A DNA stretch of 64,000 bases from Hydrolagus affinis (Eukaryota): NCBI GenBank assembly GCA_012026655.1, contig JAAILG010000290.1, forward strand, positions 1 to 64,000, read 5' to 3'. Position numbers and translations under genes: made by a program. Below the pieces are notes generated by a model. The model did not search any database. It saw only the letters and a program-made list of their open reading frames with translations, and was not told the DNA's origin. Shown here in pieces: positions 12,071 through 25,038 of this stretch (within the stretch, counting starts at the first letter, position 1; each line of letters begins with the position of its first letter).

Positions 12071-13879
12071 TGGTGAAATTGGTAAAATCTCAGGAAAGCA
12101 ATCGCATTCCTGGCACCACATGAACTACAGGAAGCACTTCACCACACAGAGCGAATCTCCAGCAGGGAACCCGTTGTGTTCACTTGTGGGTCCTTGGCTC
12201 CAATCCGAGATCGCCAGCGAGCTGAAGATAGTGTGATGTACACTGATGTCCCTTGCTGGAAACTCAGTTTATGCTGCAGGGTGCTTTTTCAACCCCTTGA
12301 TACATCTAGTGGGGGGGGAATTAGATACAAGAATTTCACTGTGGCCCAGCACCTGACTGAGTAAATTTACACAGTTGAAGGAGCATCATTTTATTTGAAG
12401 CAGATGTCAATTCAGAACAAATCTAAATCTCAAGCATTAGTGTAAATAGGGCTTTGGAGGCTTTTTCTTGACAGAAACATTTGTCTTTGTGTCTTGTGCT
12501 CTGAAATGACAGCTGCTGAGTGCATATGTCATTAAATAAATCTGCTCTGCTTGAAATTCCACCAAAATAACCCAGAGAATGCAATGACTATAATCTGAAT
12601 GCAATTGGTTACTGTGGTAAATGTCTACGTTCCTTAGCAGATCTACTTGCCATTTCTAGGTCCAAGTCAACATTGGTGTGACATTTTCAAAAGTATAACC
12701 TGGATAGAATTTGCTTAGTCTTGTTTCGATGGAATAGAAGAAATTGTTGAGTGAACAATTAAGTAGTGACGTAGCAATGATGCAGTTTTCTGTACAGAGG
12801 ATCTAGATTTGGATCAAGTTTAAATCTGACACATGTTAGGACATAGGAATTACGGGAAATTAATTTATTTGAATGCGTTAATTGCTCCTGGAAGCTCTAA
12901 TCATTATGTGCTCACTTTTTTTTCTTAAAAAATGATCTCTGGTGAAAAATGTACAATTTAAAAAAATTCTTTCGGTTTTCCTACATTATTATTATTAACT
13001 TGCCTTTACCTTTCCTCTCTTGAATGAGTGTATGTTTGTATGATCCACACCATGAAACGGACTGTGTCTTGAGGCAATTTATTCGTACCATCCCAGGATG
13101 TTAAATTGGAAATTCAGCCTGAAAAGGCTGCGCTGATGTTTGTTCTCCATCACAAACCACCCAGTCTAACCCTACTCCCCTTGACTGTTCCAGACAACAG
13201 AGCTTCCTTAAGCTTCCTAAGGACTACTTGCTGATCACCTCCTCAGGCCTGTTGTGGTGAAGGCCTGTACCTGAGCAAGGTGGGGAATGTGGGTGAGAAC
13301 CAGTTGCAAGACAGGTTGTATGATATAGGACTGAGAAGATATATTTGCCAGAAAACATATGGAGTGAAGAGCCAGAAAACAGGGATATCACACAAACTTT
13401 ACCGTTCTTGTTTTAACAAGTATAATTACCTGACCCAAGATGTTCCAAATCACCTGATATCCTGAACATGCTGAGAATGTTGTAATAATAATATTATAAT
13501 AATCTTTGCATTTGATGAAATACTGTTTCATGTCTGAGACATGTCAAAGCGCTTTGCAAGATATACCGGAAAGCGGATTGAATGTATATTTTTGTGGGCA
13601 AATATATGCATATCAAGTTTGGCAAAAAGGATAGCAAATTGAAAATAAATGCATGGGTTGTACATCTTTCTGCCAAAAAAAAACATTTTCTTTTCCACTT
13701 AACAGATCTACTAAATTGTTGTATTCTGTTAATCTTAGTCATTTGATGCCAGAGCCCATTGCATTTCCTTGGGAAGACTGACTGGAGTTAGCTGCAGGCA
13801 AACTCCTGTGAGTTGTAAGCTCTTCTATGTGAATGTAACTCAACAAAACTTTTGGCAGCTTTTTTTCCAATTCTTCCAT

Positions 13880-14340
13880 CATAGAAACATAGGAACAGAA
13901 ATAAGCTGAACAGCCCACAAATCAGTTCCAGCATTCTATTACCTCAACTCCTAATAATTTGCCTACAAATATATAGTCAATTCACTTTACAGTATATTCT
14001 GTGAAGCACTTTGGGACGTCAATAAGATGTGAAAAGCGCTATATCAAATGCAAGGATTATTATTATTATTATTATTATTTATTATAAGAGTCTTGGTACA
14101 TCCTCCCGACGTGAAAAGAGTTCTATAAATGTAATTTTGTTGTTGTTGTTTGTTGTAATAAAAATGTATCCTCCTTAATCTTATAAATGGCATTCAATAC
14201 CAATGGCCTTGTTGGGGGAGAGTTGCAGGTTTCCACTCCCCTTTGCGTGAAAAAATGCCTCCTGATTTCTCCACTAGCTCTAATTTTAAGATTATGCCCC
14301 TGTGTTCTGGATCATTTTTGATAGGAAATACATCTCCAAA
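13880..14340 (-). mobile_element. CR1 3' end interrupted by a SINE 3' half (~13962-14085) and an L2 tail (~14090-14155)
   Basis: catagaaacatagga tail and aattttaagattatgccc motif shared with the CR1 at 60574. Confidence 0.65.
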
Positions 14341-17304
14341 ACCACCCACTTGACTTTCAAGCCCTGAAAGCCTTGATTTGCTCACAAATGTCCAACATCA
14401 CGTGATTTGCATTGGCAAATGTTTTTTTCTACAAAGGAAGGAGCGATTAACAATTTAACAGCATTCAGCACATTTCCCGCATGGGAATGCTGAAATCCAC
14501 TAAACGTGATTGAAAGTTACCCCAAGTGTGGCTGGATTTAATTGTATCCTTGGATTTCCCAGCGAGTTCATTGCCCTTCCATTGTTCAAATCTCTTAATA
14601 TTTGGCATTATAGTTTTAAAGTCTGCCATGACTGGACATGATGGAAAACATAGGCCACGTGCTGTGATGTTTATAGGAAATGCAGTTCGCTGAAGTCATT
14701 AATCAATCCATGGTTCTCTTTATTTGCATTCAGTACATGAACATGTTTTTCTTTCCTCTCTTGGAGAAGCTGCTTTACAAAAATGTCACGTCAGGCTCAT
14801 AAAAAAAAGATTAATGGAGAGAGGGGGAAAGGCAGAACACAGGAAAGTAAAACCTCAAAAAAATTATTTTCGAGACATGCTCACAAACAGAAACTGAACA
14901 GGGTTTTCATAGCACTGGGATAACGCTCCAGGGATCATACCTCCAAGGGCTATAAACCCAATGACATTCTTCAATTATATCTAAACCAATGTGAGGGTGT
15001 GATTTAAATGTGTAACTACAAATATTCTACATTTTAAATGCAGTTGAGTGGACTGCTCCTTGCACAGTTAATAGGAAGGGAATTAAGTACAAATCACAAT
15101 TCACAGGACAACTAACAAAGTGTTCATTAGCTGAATTGGAACTGATGTTTCAGCGTTAGTAGATCTCTCTCTCTCTCTACGTGTCTCCTACGTGAATTGT
15201 TACTTTAAAACCTAAGCTACCTTTTACAACAACAACAACTTAGATTTATATAGCGCCCTCCACTCTGGACAGCGTATCAGAGTGCATTTTTAAAAAAAAA
15301 ATTAATTCTTAGTGTTGTAACATGTTTATTAAGGAGTATACTTTCCTTCCCCAACCATGACCCCTCCCACCCCTGCTCTGGTCACTATCTCTGTTCCCCC
15401 CATTCTTCCCTCTTTTCTTCTCCATCCTCCCCCTGCTCTGGTCCCAATCTTGGGACATAGTTGTATTCTGTGAAGCGCTTTGAGACGCCGATGAGACGTG
15501 GAAAGCGCTATATAAATGTAAGGATTATTATATTATATTATTTATTCCTGTCATTAAATCATTCCACTCAACAAGCTTTACTTTTGTTTGTCCAAGTGTA
15601 GGCTGGTTTAGGATCAAATTGAAAAGATTTTGCAATTACTGGCAAGTACTGCATTTGTGACTGGAACCGTGATATCTCTATAGCAAACGGTATTATGAAC
15701 AAAGCCTATCTACAAATCACTACTACCATGCAGGGAATACAGTGTATAAGGAGTTCTATAAAAAGTTCCTATAGACACCCAGACTCTTGAGCAAACTGAA
15801 CCATATCATGAATATTAAAGGGTATGAGGGGGAATGAGCAGAAAAGTGGGATTGTATTAGATTAGGCTCATGCAGGAAAACTCTTGTGCAGACTTGATGA
15901 ACCAAATGGCCTATTTTTATATCGTGATATTATATGATTTGGGACAATACAGTTCAAAGGTTATTCTGTGGCATCCCTGACATAAAACTTGTAATATTAA
16001 CTGTAAACATAACCATATTATTTCACAATACTTCCTCAGTTAGTTATTCCTTTCTTATTTGGTATTCACAAATGGACTATTTCACTATTTTTGTGCATTG
16101 AATTCGATTTGCCATGTATTATACCAACTCCGCTACTTTATCAATGATTGTGTACAGTTCTGCATTTCTGCTCATGGTTTGCAGAGCTCCTAATTTGGAA
16201 TGCAGAATAGATTCTATGCTATTGGCCCTATACCACCTCTGTACAATTCCCTTCTGGCCCCGCTGTGCGCACTTAATGGCTTTTCCCTGTCATTACACTA
16301 ACACCAGCTCTGACCTGGCATTAACAACACACTTTTTGATGTGTAAATATTTACATGTATATCTCTATGTTTACATAGTTTAGAATTTTGGCTTATTAAA
16401 AAAAGAGAAAAGTGCTTTGGCTGGTAATGTGCAATGTGTTTGCTCCTTTCCAGAGATTTTTATGAAACTGCAAATAAGTTACTTCAAAGAAGATTGAATG
16501 CAAACGTCCACCAAAGGCTATAAATCTTTGCTAAAAGATCTGGGAATCGTCATTGATATTGTAGGTTCATTAATAATAATAATAATAATACTCCTTGCAT
16601 TTGATAGAGCACTTTATCATGTCTTTGAGACGTCTCAAAGTGCTTCGTGGAATATAATGTAAAGTAAATTGATTACATATTTTGTAGTATGCAAAATGCG
16701 GCAGCCAACTATGTCCCACAAACAGTCGTGGATTGAGCATTAATGTGAGGATTAAGGAGAAAGGATTGATGCCTGCACTTGGAATTCCTCACTCACAACT
16801 GTTGAGTAACCCCAAGACTGAAGAACGTTTCCCCCCTCTTCTTTTCCCCTGTCGCCATCATTTTCTTCCCCTCCTCCTACAATCCACAGACTATCAAAAT
16901 CCAATCTTGACATCAGCTAATTACTATTTCTTAATTTATTGTGTCTTTGAATACAGCATAGTGAAAAAAATAAACCGTTGATCACATCTGTTATGAAATA
17001 TCACATTTTTCATCCTGAATACATACACGGCATTTATATTCAAAAAGAGCCACGAGCATAATTGGGCTGATATGTGTCCAACACAAAAAACAGAGCAATA
17101 CAAATGGTTCTATAGAATCTTAATTTTCTCCAGTCATCTTTGACATGGGAACAGAGGAGGGGGGAATGCTGTTGCATATTTCCTTTTGCCTTGTTTCACT
17201 ATATCCCTAATTGCATTGTTTAGCTTGAGTCCTGAACTAATACTAAGGATGGAGTCTGCTTTCCCCGAAAGGATTCTCTATATCTCGTCCATGTAGTCCT
17301 AGGA

Positions 17305-17440
17305 TCTCAGATCTGATGAAAGGTCATTGACCTGAAACGTCAACTAATGTTCTTCTCTCCATAGATGCTGCCCGACCTGCTACATGTTCCCAGCGACTTC
17401 TGTGTTTATACCAGATTTCTAGTATCTGCAGGAGTTTGCC
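17305..17440 (+). mobile_element. Penelope-like element terminal repeat (pLTR), solo
   Basis: ctgatgaaaggtcattgacctgaaacgtcaac...ctccatagatgctgcccgacctgct...ccagatttctagtatctgcag; homologous to both ends of the Penelope copy at 53460-55260. Confidence 0.8.
17309..17345 (+). ncRNA. Minimal type I hammerhead ribozyme motif (Penelope-associated)
   Basis: CUGAUGA (17313-19), A, stem II AGGUC/GACCU, GAAA (17334-37), CG, UC cleavage site (17340-41); stem I agat/aact with one mismatch. Confidence 0.7.
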
Positions 17441-18540
17441 TGTGGTCCTAAGTTCTCCCTATTTATCCTCCAGATCCCTGGAAACTAATTGGTTAGAAAA
17501 AGGTGTCATTCCTTGATGCCTTGGCCTACAGACCTCCAGACTAAACAGGTGCTCACCTCACCTGAATGTTTGTGGCATTTTGTTGGCAAATTTTACATCT
17601 GCGTCCAAAAACAATCACTACATCTTTATTGTCACTATTTGTGAAGAACTATGATATATTATTATTTGATAAGGTGATGTAACATGTAAGTTATTTCTCC
17701 GTTCCTTTTTGGCCTTGGTAGTGTCCTGCAATTTGGACTTTGGCCTTTTAGTTAATATTCTGAATAACAATGAACTAATAGCTTGACCTTGCTGCCTTTG
17801 ACATTCATGGTGCCTCTGCAGCTTGCTATAGTTTATTACTTGCCTGTTAAACATAGTTTGCAAACAGCAATGAAAATTCCAACTCAGCCCAAATCTTTGT
17901 GTTCTGGTATTTGAGACAGCTACTTATTCATTCATCCTGCAAATAGCAGCAAAGTGCCCTCAAAACTCAGAACTCAATGTACGACAGGGTTACGATCCAT
18001 CTGCAAAATTTAAGATTATGATTGTGGTGCAAAGCCGAACACTGTATATATTAAGCACAGAAAAATTGACTGAGTGGGTGGGTGACACTTTTCCGTGACA
18101 TCTTTCACAAAGTCACTGAGATTGACAAATGTTTCTCACAAAAATAACTATTCTGTTCATTGTAAGAACACATGGACAACTGTGCTGTTAAGATCTGAAA
18201 TTACAAAGAGATTGTATCAGCAGTTATGTATACCTTCAAAAAACTGCAGGAGGGAAGAGAGAGAGAGAGAGACAGACTGAAAAGCAGTACAATTTGAAAA
18301 ACTCTCAATGTGTATTGCTGTTTTGGCTGTTCGGTATAAACTGGAGTCAGCTGTCAAGAATTTACAACTTACAGTGGGTCTGGATAACTGTTTTTGGAAT
18401 ATACAGAGACTTGTGGTTTGGATGAACTAGAAAGGGAGATGTTATGTGTGTGGTTGGATGAGGTACATATAAAAATATGAGAACAAGCCCATAAAAAAAG
18501 AGCAAGGCAAAGAAAGCAAAAGGCCACAACAGCTGACCTT

Positions 18541-20080
18541 CACAATATTTCAGGCCATAACAGCTCACCTTCCTCCTCTTCTGCGACCATCTGATCTGCC
18601 TGTTCTTTGGCAACTTCACCCTTCTTTGTTTTAACCTTATTAACACCTGTTTTCTCCAGTTTTATTGCAATTCCCTCTTTTGTTTCACAACATTAACATC
18701 ATCTCCTGCCCTCTATCCTATTTTCCCTTTTGTCTTCCTTGCCCTGCCTCTCCCTCTCTGTTATTCCTTAAAAGCCTCTCTCCCTCCCAACATGCTCCAG
18801 TTCTGACGAAGGTTGTGGACCCAAAATATTGACACAATTTTCCTTTCTCGAGAGATGCTGCTGGTCACCCAGCTACCCCTCCTCTGCCCACTGCTGGCAG
18901 ACATCGTCAATCAGGATCAGTCACTGCCCCACTCAAACCTGCCGTCATCATCCCCCTCCTCAAAAAACCTAACCTAGATCCCTCTAATCCTAGCTACTCC
19001 CATTCCTAACCTGCGTTCCTCCAAAGGACCTGAATGCATTGTTGCCAAGCAACTCTGCGCCCACCTCTCCTCCCACTCCCTTTTCGAACCCCTCCAATCC
19101 GGTTTCCGCCCTGCCCACAGTACAGAGACTGCAGTTGTAAAAGTCACAAGTGATGTCTTCTCTATCTGTGACCAGGGCTCCCTCTGCCTCCTTGTCCTCC
19201 TGGACCTCTCAGCTGCAGTCGACCACGCTATCCTCCTCCACCGCTTATCCTCTGTCATTCACCTCAGTAGGACTGCACTCGCTTGGTTCGAGTCCTACCT
19301 CACAAACCGCCAGCAATATATCACCGCAAATGGCTTTTCCTCCCTTTCTCACCCAGTTACCTGAGGGGTACCCCAAGGATCCATCCTTGGCCCTCTCCTC
19401 TTCCTATTCTATATGCTCCCTCTTGGTGATGTCATCCACAGACACCTATGCGGATGACACCAACTCTATAATTCCTCGCTGGCCTCCCCTCCACCACAAT
19501 CCATAAAATTCAGCTCATTTAGAACTCTGCTGCCCGCGTTCTCAACCGCACCAAACTTCGCTCCCTGATTACCCCAGTCCTTGCCAGACTTCACTGGCTC
19601 CCTGTCCCGGAGAGGATCAATTTCAAGATCCTCACTCTAGTTTTCAAGTATCTCCACTCTGCTGCACCCCCCTACCTCTCTGACCTCTCTCCCCAACACA
19701 GCACCCGTTACCTTCGCTCCTCCGGTTCTGGTCTCCTCCTTGTCCCCCAAATCCTCTGCTCCACTATCGGTGGCCGTGCCTTCAGCCATTACACCCTGAA
19801 ACTCTGGAACTCCCTTCCTCACTCCCTTCACCTCACTCCCTCTCTTCCTAGTTTCAGGACCCAGGTGAAGACCTTTCTTTTTGACCGCGTCTTCTGTTAC
19901 CTTTTTCCCCCTCCTCCGGCTCGGGCCCGGGATCTGTTATTGTGAAGCACTCTGAGACGCCGTCCGGTGTGGAGGGCGCTATTTAAATCAAAGTTGTTGT
20001 TGTTGCCTGGTCGGCTGAATGTTCCCAGTGATTTCTGTTTTTGTTTCAGATTTCCAGCATCTGCGGTATTTTGCATTTTT
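18541..20080 (+). mobile_element. Penelope-like 3' region and pLTR, split by an L2 insertion
   Basis: atttcaggccataacagctcacc matches the ORF end at ~54735. The pLTR ...gatgctg stops at 18866 and resumes at 20007 (ctggtcggctgaatgttcccagtgatttctg...ccagcatctgc). Confidence 0.8.
18867..20006 (+). mobile_element. 5'-truncated, internally deleted L2-clade LINE (RT pseudogene)
   Basis: Relic motifs [55 protein letters not shown]; (GTT)n tail; CTGGTC on both sides. Confidence 0.92.
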
Positions 20081-21797
20081 TAAAAAGAACAGAAGTCAAA
20101 AGGATGCATTTCTTGAGAAATTGTTGTTTGGACCACACCATATCAGGGTGGCAACATGTAAAGAGGAAAGCACAGATGTAGTTTTGATGTCAGATTAAAA
20201 ACAAAGAATTACAATCATGGCAAATAGTTTCTTCAATATATCCTGGGGAAACTACATTGCCCTGGTCTTGTTGAGAGAGGTTTAAAAAGATAAACATTTT
20301 CTGTGACAGCACTTGTTTTAAATGACTTGCTACCAATGCTGTTTCTCTCCTGGCCTCCTTTCTCACAGATTGCTTTACAATTCATTTGTAGTTTTATTGT
20401 AAGTAAAATGGGAAAGTCGCAGTTAATTAAACAAATCCAGGTTATGAATCCCGCTAATTAGACCTGAGTGAGTCCATCTATGATGGACAATTTATACAAT
20501 TATACAGTGTCTTTTATGTAGGGTAACATCTCCAAGAGGAGAGGTGGAGTAGAGACACAAGCAAAGAGGGAAATGGGGGAGTGGTGGGTAGAAGGCATTG
20601 ACTATGAAAGAGGTAGGTTTAAAAGCACAGACAGATTTGGGGAGAGTGTTCCAGAGAATATAGTGGCTGAAAGCAGTAGCAAAATATTGACTGGTGTTTT
20701 ACCCATTCCTAGTCCCGGGTCCCGTAGTGATTAGAGTAATGATTAGACTAATTAAGAGAATACAGAGTGCGTTTCAAAAGATTTGTTTGTTCAGATATGT
20801 CTACGTTTGCCTACAAAATACGTTTGCCTAGAAAAATACCCAGTCATTTTACAGTAAATCTTGGGAAGTCCTTTGAGACATTCTCCAATGTGAAAGGTTA
20901 TATCAAATGCAAGGATTATGTCAGGATTTAAAGCAAATGGGGCGCAAACCTTCCCCATTGAATCCACCTTTGTTAAGGAATAATATGACTTCACAAGATC
21001 ACAAGAGAGCTATAGTTGAAGAAGGCTCTGTAGATTTCAGCCATCAATCAAACAGAACTTAGGTCAGCCCTCTGCATAATTTCTGGTGATTGTATCCAGC
21101 TTGATCATCCTGCATGAAGCTTAATAACTCTTTGTGGTTGAACTATTAAGAAGTAATTTGATTCAAGTACATTTATGTCAATGGGCATTCACAAGGCATA
21201 GGGAACCCGACTTGTTGCAATAATGTGCCATCGTTTCAAAGATGTTCAGTGCGATATATCACATTGCAAGTTTACAAATATCTCATTAAATTAAAACATG
21301 ATGATGACTTCAGTATACGTCTTTGTGAATTAGATCAACACACTATCAATTTTCTATGTAGGCCACCGGCTGATGCAGTAATGATATTACAATGTACTCA
21401 GTGTAATTCCCTGGGCTCAGATGTGAATTAGATGAATACTTGATAAAAAGAAGAATATTAAAGGCAATAAGGAGTGCTTGGTGGCCTGATAATCAAGGTG
21501 GTGTTCCGTATGTCAGCATTGACAGTGTCAGCCTCGAATATCGATTTCCCCATTCTAAGCCCACATTGTCAAACTAGTCATATTGAGAAGTCCTCCTGCT
21601 ATGAAAGGTGCTACAGTACAGTATTTAAATGTAAATTCCATTGAATTGTTATATGGAACTCTGACCAGAATTTCAACTCAGGAAAGTGAGATTATTTTCA
21701 ATGGGATTATTTTAAATGGCTCATGTGGAGAAACACACCAGTACAGGCTGATGAGATGAATAACCTGTTTGTGCACTGCAATATTCGCGGACTTTAC

Positions 21798-21980
21798 TAA
21801 TAATAATAATAATAATCTTTGCATTTGATACAGCGCTTTTCACTTCTTCTAGACCTCTCAAAGCGCTTCACAGAATATATTGTAAAGTGAATTGACTGTG
21901 GGTGAAATACTGCAGCTAATTCTGCACAGCAGTGTCCCACAAACAGTCGTGGATTGAAATGACCAATTTATTATTTAATT
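21798..21980 (-). mobile_element. tRNA-SINE 3' half
   Basis: (AAT)n plus tgcatttgatacagcgcttttcac...gtcccacaaacagtcgtggattgaaatgacc. Confidence 0.85.
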
Positions 21981-22399
21981 ACTGTTGTGAGATGTATATT
22001 ATCATGTTGTGATGCCACTTAAAAAACTCGTGCAATCTCTACTGCTGTGGTGTATATGTTTCTAAATCATCTGTCAGTGTTTTTTCCCGGATCCACAAAT
22101 GTTTCATTTAAACAATTAAATATAAAATGACCTCTCTGACTCTGGTAAATTGTCTGTGTTTGTAATTGAGACTGATAACAGCTGTAATATCTCACCTACA
22201 TGGATGAAATGTGGCAGAGTGTTAGACTACTACAAGAGGTGATTCAGTATTTACACCTACTGACATTTTAACAGCTGGGAGGAGGGAGTTAACCACTGTA
22301 CAGAAACATTAATCAGCATTTGTGTGTGAAGCTGGAATAACAGAGTGTTTGAGGGGGGTAATGCAAATATGTTTTAGACTGTGTCTGTAGTGTCAAGAA

Positions 22400-22712
22400 C
22401 AACAATAATAATAATCCTTGAATTTGATCTAGTGCCTTATCATATCTATGAAAAGTCTAACAGTGCTTCACAGAATATATTGTAAAATGAATTGACCATA
22501 TATTTTGTGGTTGAAACGCATCTTGTGAGCCATTTGTGCACAGTAGTGTCCCACAAGCAGTCATGGATTGAGTGACCAAATTATTACTTATTTATTTATT
22601 AATTTTGAAGGGATTATTACCCTCGGAAAAACAATCCCCAATAACTAACAACTGGATTTCTACTTGCTGCTCCTCTTCCTACCTACAATTTACTGCTAGG
22701 TAAACCGAGGTG
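22400..22712 (-). mobile_element. Long-form SINE, 5'-truncated
   Basis: SINE tail and core plus the extra block attaccctcggaaaa...caactggatt...tactgctaggtaaaccgagg. Confidence 0.75.
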
Positions 22713-22886
22713 AACACAATGTGAACACATCAGTTTTATACTACTAATTTATCCAACATTCGATCATTTTGAGCAGCAGCTTTTACACAGTCACTTATTG
22801 CTGTCCTCTATTCAAATATCATTTTAGAAAACGGAATCGTGAATTCAACTACAAAAGAACCAAGGAACCCAACAGAAAAGTACGTC

Positions 22887-23181
22887 AATAAATAATAATA
22901 ATCCTTGCATTTGATATAGCACTTTTCACGTCTTCTAGACGTATCAAAGCACTTCAAAGAATATATTGTAAAGTGAATTGACTGTGTCTTTTTGGGTGAA
23001 GCATGGAGGCCAATTGCGCACAGCAATGTCCCACAAAAAATCGTGGATTGAAATTACCAATTTTTTTTGAGGGATTTTTATCAAGTATGTGGAGTAACTA
23101 AACTTGCCCATGTTTGCACCCTGCCTGGAGTCAAACCCAGGTTGTAAGGCGATTGCTCTAACCACTGAGCTATAGGACTCC
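22887..23181 (-). mobile_element. Full-length short-form tRNA-SINE
   Basis: Reverse of ggagtcctatagctcagtggttagagc head, core and (ATT)n tail. Confidence 0.9.
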
Positions 23182-23544
23182 ATATTCCGGAGCTCGAGGA
23201 ACTGAGTGGGAAGAATCTCTACCCTTTGTGACTAGTTTGACCCTCTAAATCTTGCAGATGACTTAGGCTAGATGGGAGTGTCATGAACAGTGCCTTTCAG
23301 TACTCCAATCTGCTGGCTCAGGAACCAGACTACAGACTGCCACAGATGGTGACTTATATTCCATTGGCAAGCATATCACCTTGGAGCTCTCCCTTCAAAG
23401 AAGATAGTCACTAGTTGATCATTCGAGACTCACTCGTTTTTGATGGATAGATGGTACTAGGGATTCCTTATGAGCCTATCAAAATCCAACACAAACCAGT
23501 AGGGCCCGGCGATATATCGATATATCGCTAAAGCCCGATACAAC

Positions 23545-23644
23545 NNNNNNNNNNNNNNNNNNNNNNNNNNNNNNNNNNNNNNNNNNNNNNNNNNNNNNNN
23601 NNNNNNNNNNNNNNNNNNNNNNNNNNNNNNNNNNNNNNNNNNNN
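23545..23644. other. Assembly gap (100 N)
   Basis: Run of N. Confidence 1.
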
Positions 23645-23659
23645 TATACAGGTATGCAA

Positions 23660-23912
23660 GGGGTGGGGGGTGGGGCAGAGACGGCTGGGGTGGGTGAGGG
23701 GGAGAGAGACGGCTGGGGTGGAGGGGGAGAGAGACTGCTGGGGGGGGCGAGGGGGAGAGAGACGGCTGGGGGGGGGAAGGGGAGGGGGAGGGGGAAAGAG
23801 ACGGCTGGGGGGGGTGGGAGGAGGAGAGAGATGACGGGGGTGGGGGGTGGGAGAGAGGGACGGCGGCGGGAGGAGAGGGACGGCGAGGGGGGGTGGGGGG
23901 AGAGACGGGGTG
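23660..23912 (+). repeat. G-rich minisatellite (GAGACGGCTGGGG-like units) inside the hAT element
   Basis: Repeated gagacggctgggg units separated by G runs. Confidence 0.85.
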
Positions 23913-24169
23913 GATGTGATAATATACAGATAGATAGAAAAAACAGAGATGGCGAGAGTGAGAGACACAGAGAGAGAAAGATATTTACCTCTTGAGGAGA
24001 TAGGCCCCGAATGTGCGCGCACCCCGAATGCGCGCGCACCTCGAATGCATGCGCATGCGCAGTACGAAAAACCCGAAAATATCGATATTTCGGTATATCT
24101 CGATATGAGCCCATCGATATATCTAAATCGGAAAATTTCCATATCGACGGACCCTACAAACCAGCATAA

Positions 24170-24557
24170 AATGTGTGAGAACATTACCATCAACCTGCCC
24201 AGAGCTTGGACACACATCCCTACATCCCTGGAGACCTGTAGCTCAGTGGTTAGAGCACTCGCCTTACAAGCGTGAGACCTATGTTTCGAATCCAGACAGA
24301 TCAGGGCAAAATCTTCGGCAAGTTTCCTTACTCCACACGTCTAATAATAATAATAATCCATCAAAAAAAAACTATAATAAAATTTGTTAATTTCAATCCA
24401 CGACTGTTTGTGGGACACTACTGTGTGCGATTGGCTGCTGCATATCGAACCACAAATATACAGTCAATTCACTTTACAATATATTCTGTGAAGCGCTTTG
24501 AGGAGTCCAGAAGACGTGAAAAGCACTATATCAAATGCAAGGATTATTATTATTATT
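24170..24557 (+). mobile_element. Full-length tRNA-SINE (24230-24557) with a 60-bp 5' leader
   Basis: A and B boxes, core and (ATT)n tail; leader 24170-24229 matches 2707-2766 at 59/60. Confidence 0.9.
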
Positions 24558-25038
24558 TTTACATATTGAGTGATGATTCTACCAGTTGGAGGTGCTGAGC
24601 TTGAGCAGCAGCTGCTTTCCTCTCTGAATACCAATTAAAGTAGACATCAAGCCCCTGATATAAAAGCAAGTGTTCACAAACCCAGATTCCAGGCAATGCT
24701 TTACAGCAGCTGCTATCCTAAGCCTCAGAACTTCTCCATCAGCTATTCAATAGCCAGCTGTGTTCAGCAAGGTGGGAACAATACAGGATCACTTTAATAT
24801 ACCATCACCTTGATGTTTTAGAGGTCCAAGACCTCCATTGCTAGCTACAATATTCCCTTCTCTGTGATTCAGCCCCTGAATAGAATTCATTGCTTTCATT
24901 TTTCTTCCTTTATATCCATCGCTTTGAAATGTTAACATCCACCATTGTGCAAACAGCACAAAGAGCAACCTCTGATGTGATCCGGCCTTTAAACAAATTA
25001 TGAATGTGAATAGGCCTACTGTACTCGAGCTGCGCATC

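Larger units (their letters stand above)
23500..24156 (+). mobile_element. Non-autonomous hAT element with 8-bp TSD, spanning the assembly gap
   Basis: TIRs TAGGGCCCGGCGATAT / TAGGGTCCGTCGATAT (14/16); perfect TSD CAAACCAG at 23492-99 and 24157-64; CGATAT subterminal repeats. Confidence 0.92.

Noticed and set aside
23479-24217. 211-aa and 229-aa Pro/Ser-rich ORFs
   Set aside because: Translation of the G-rich minisatellite and the N gap within the hAT element.
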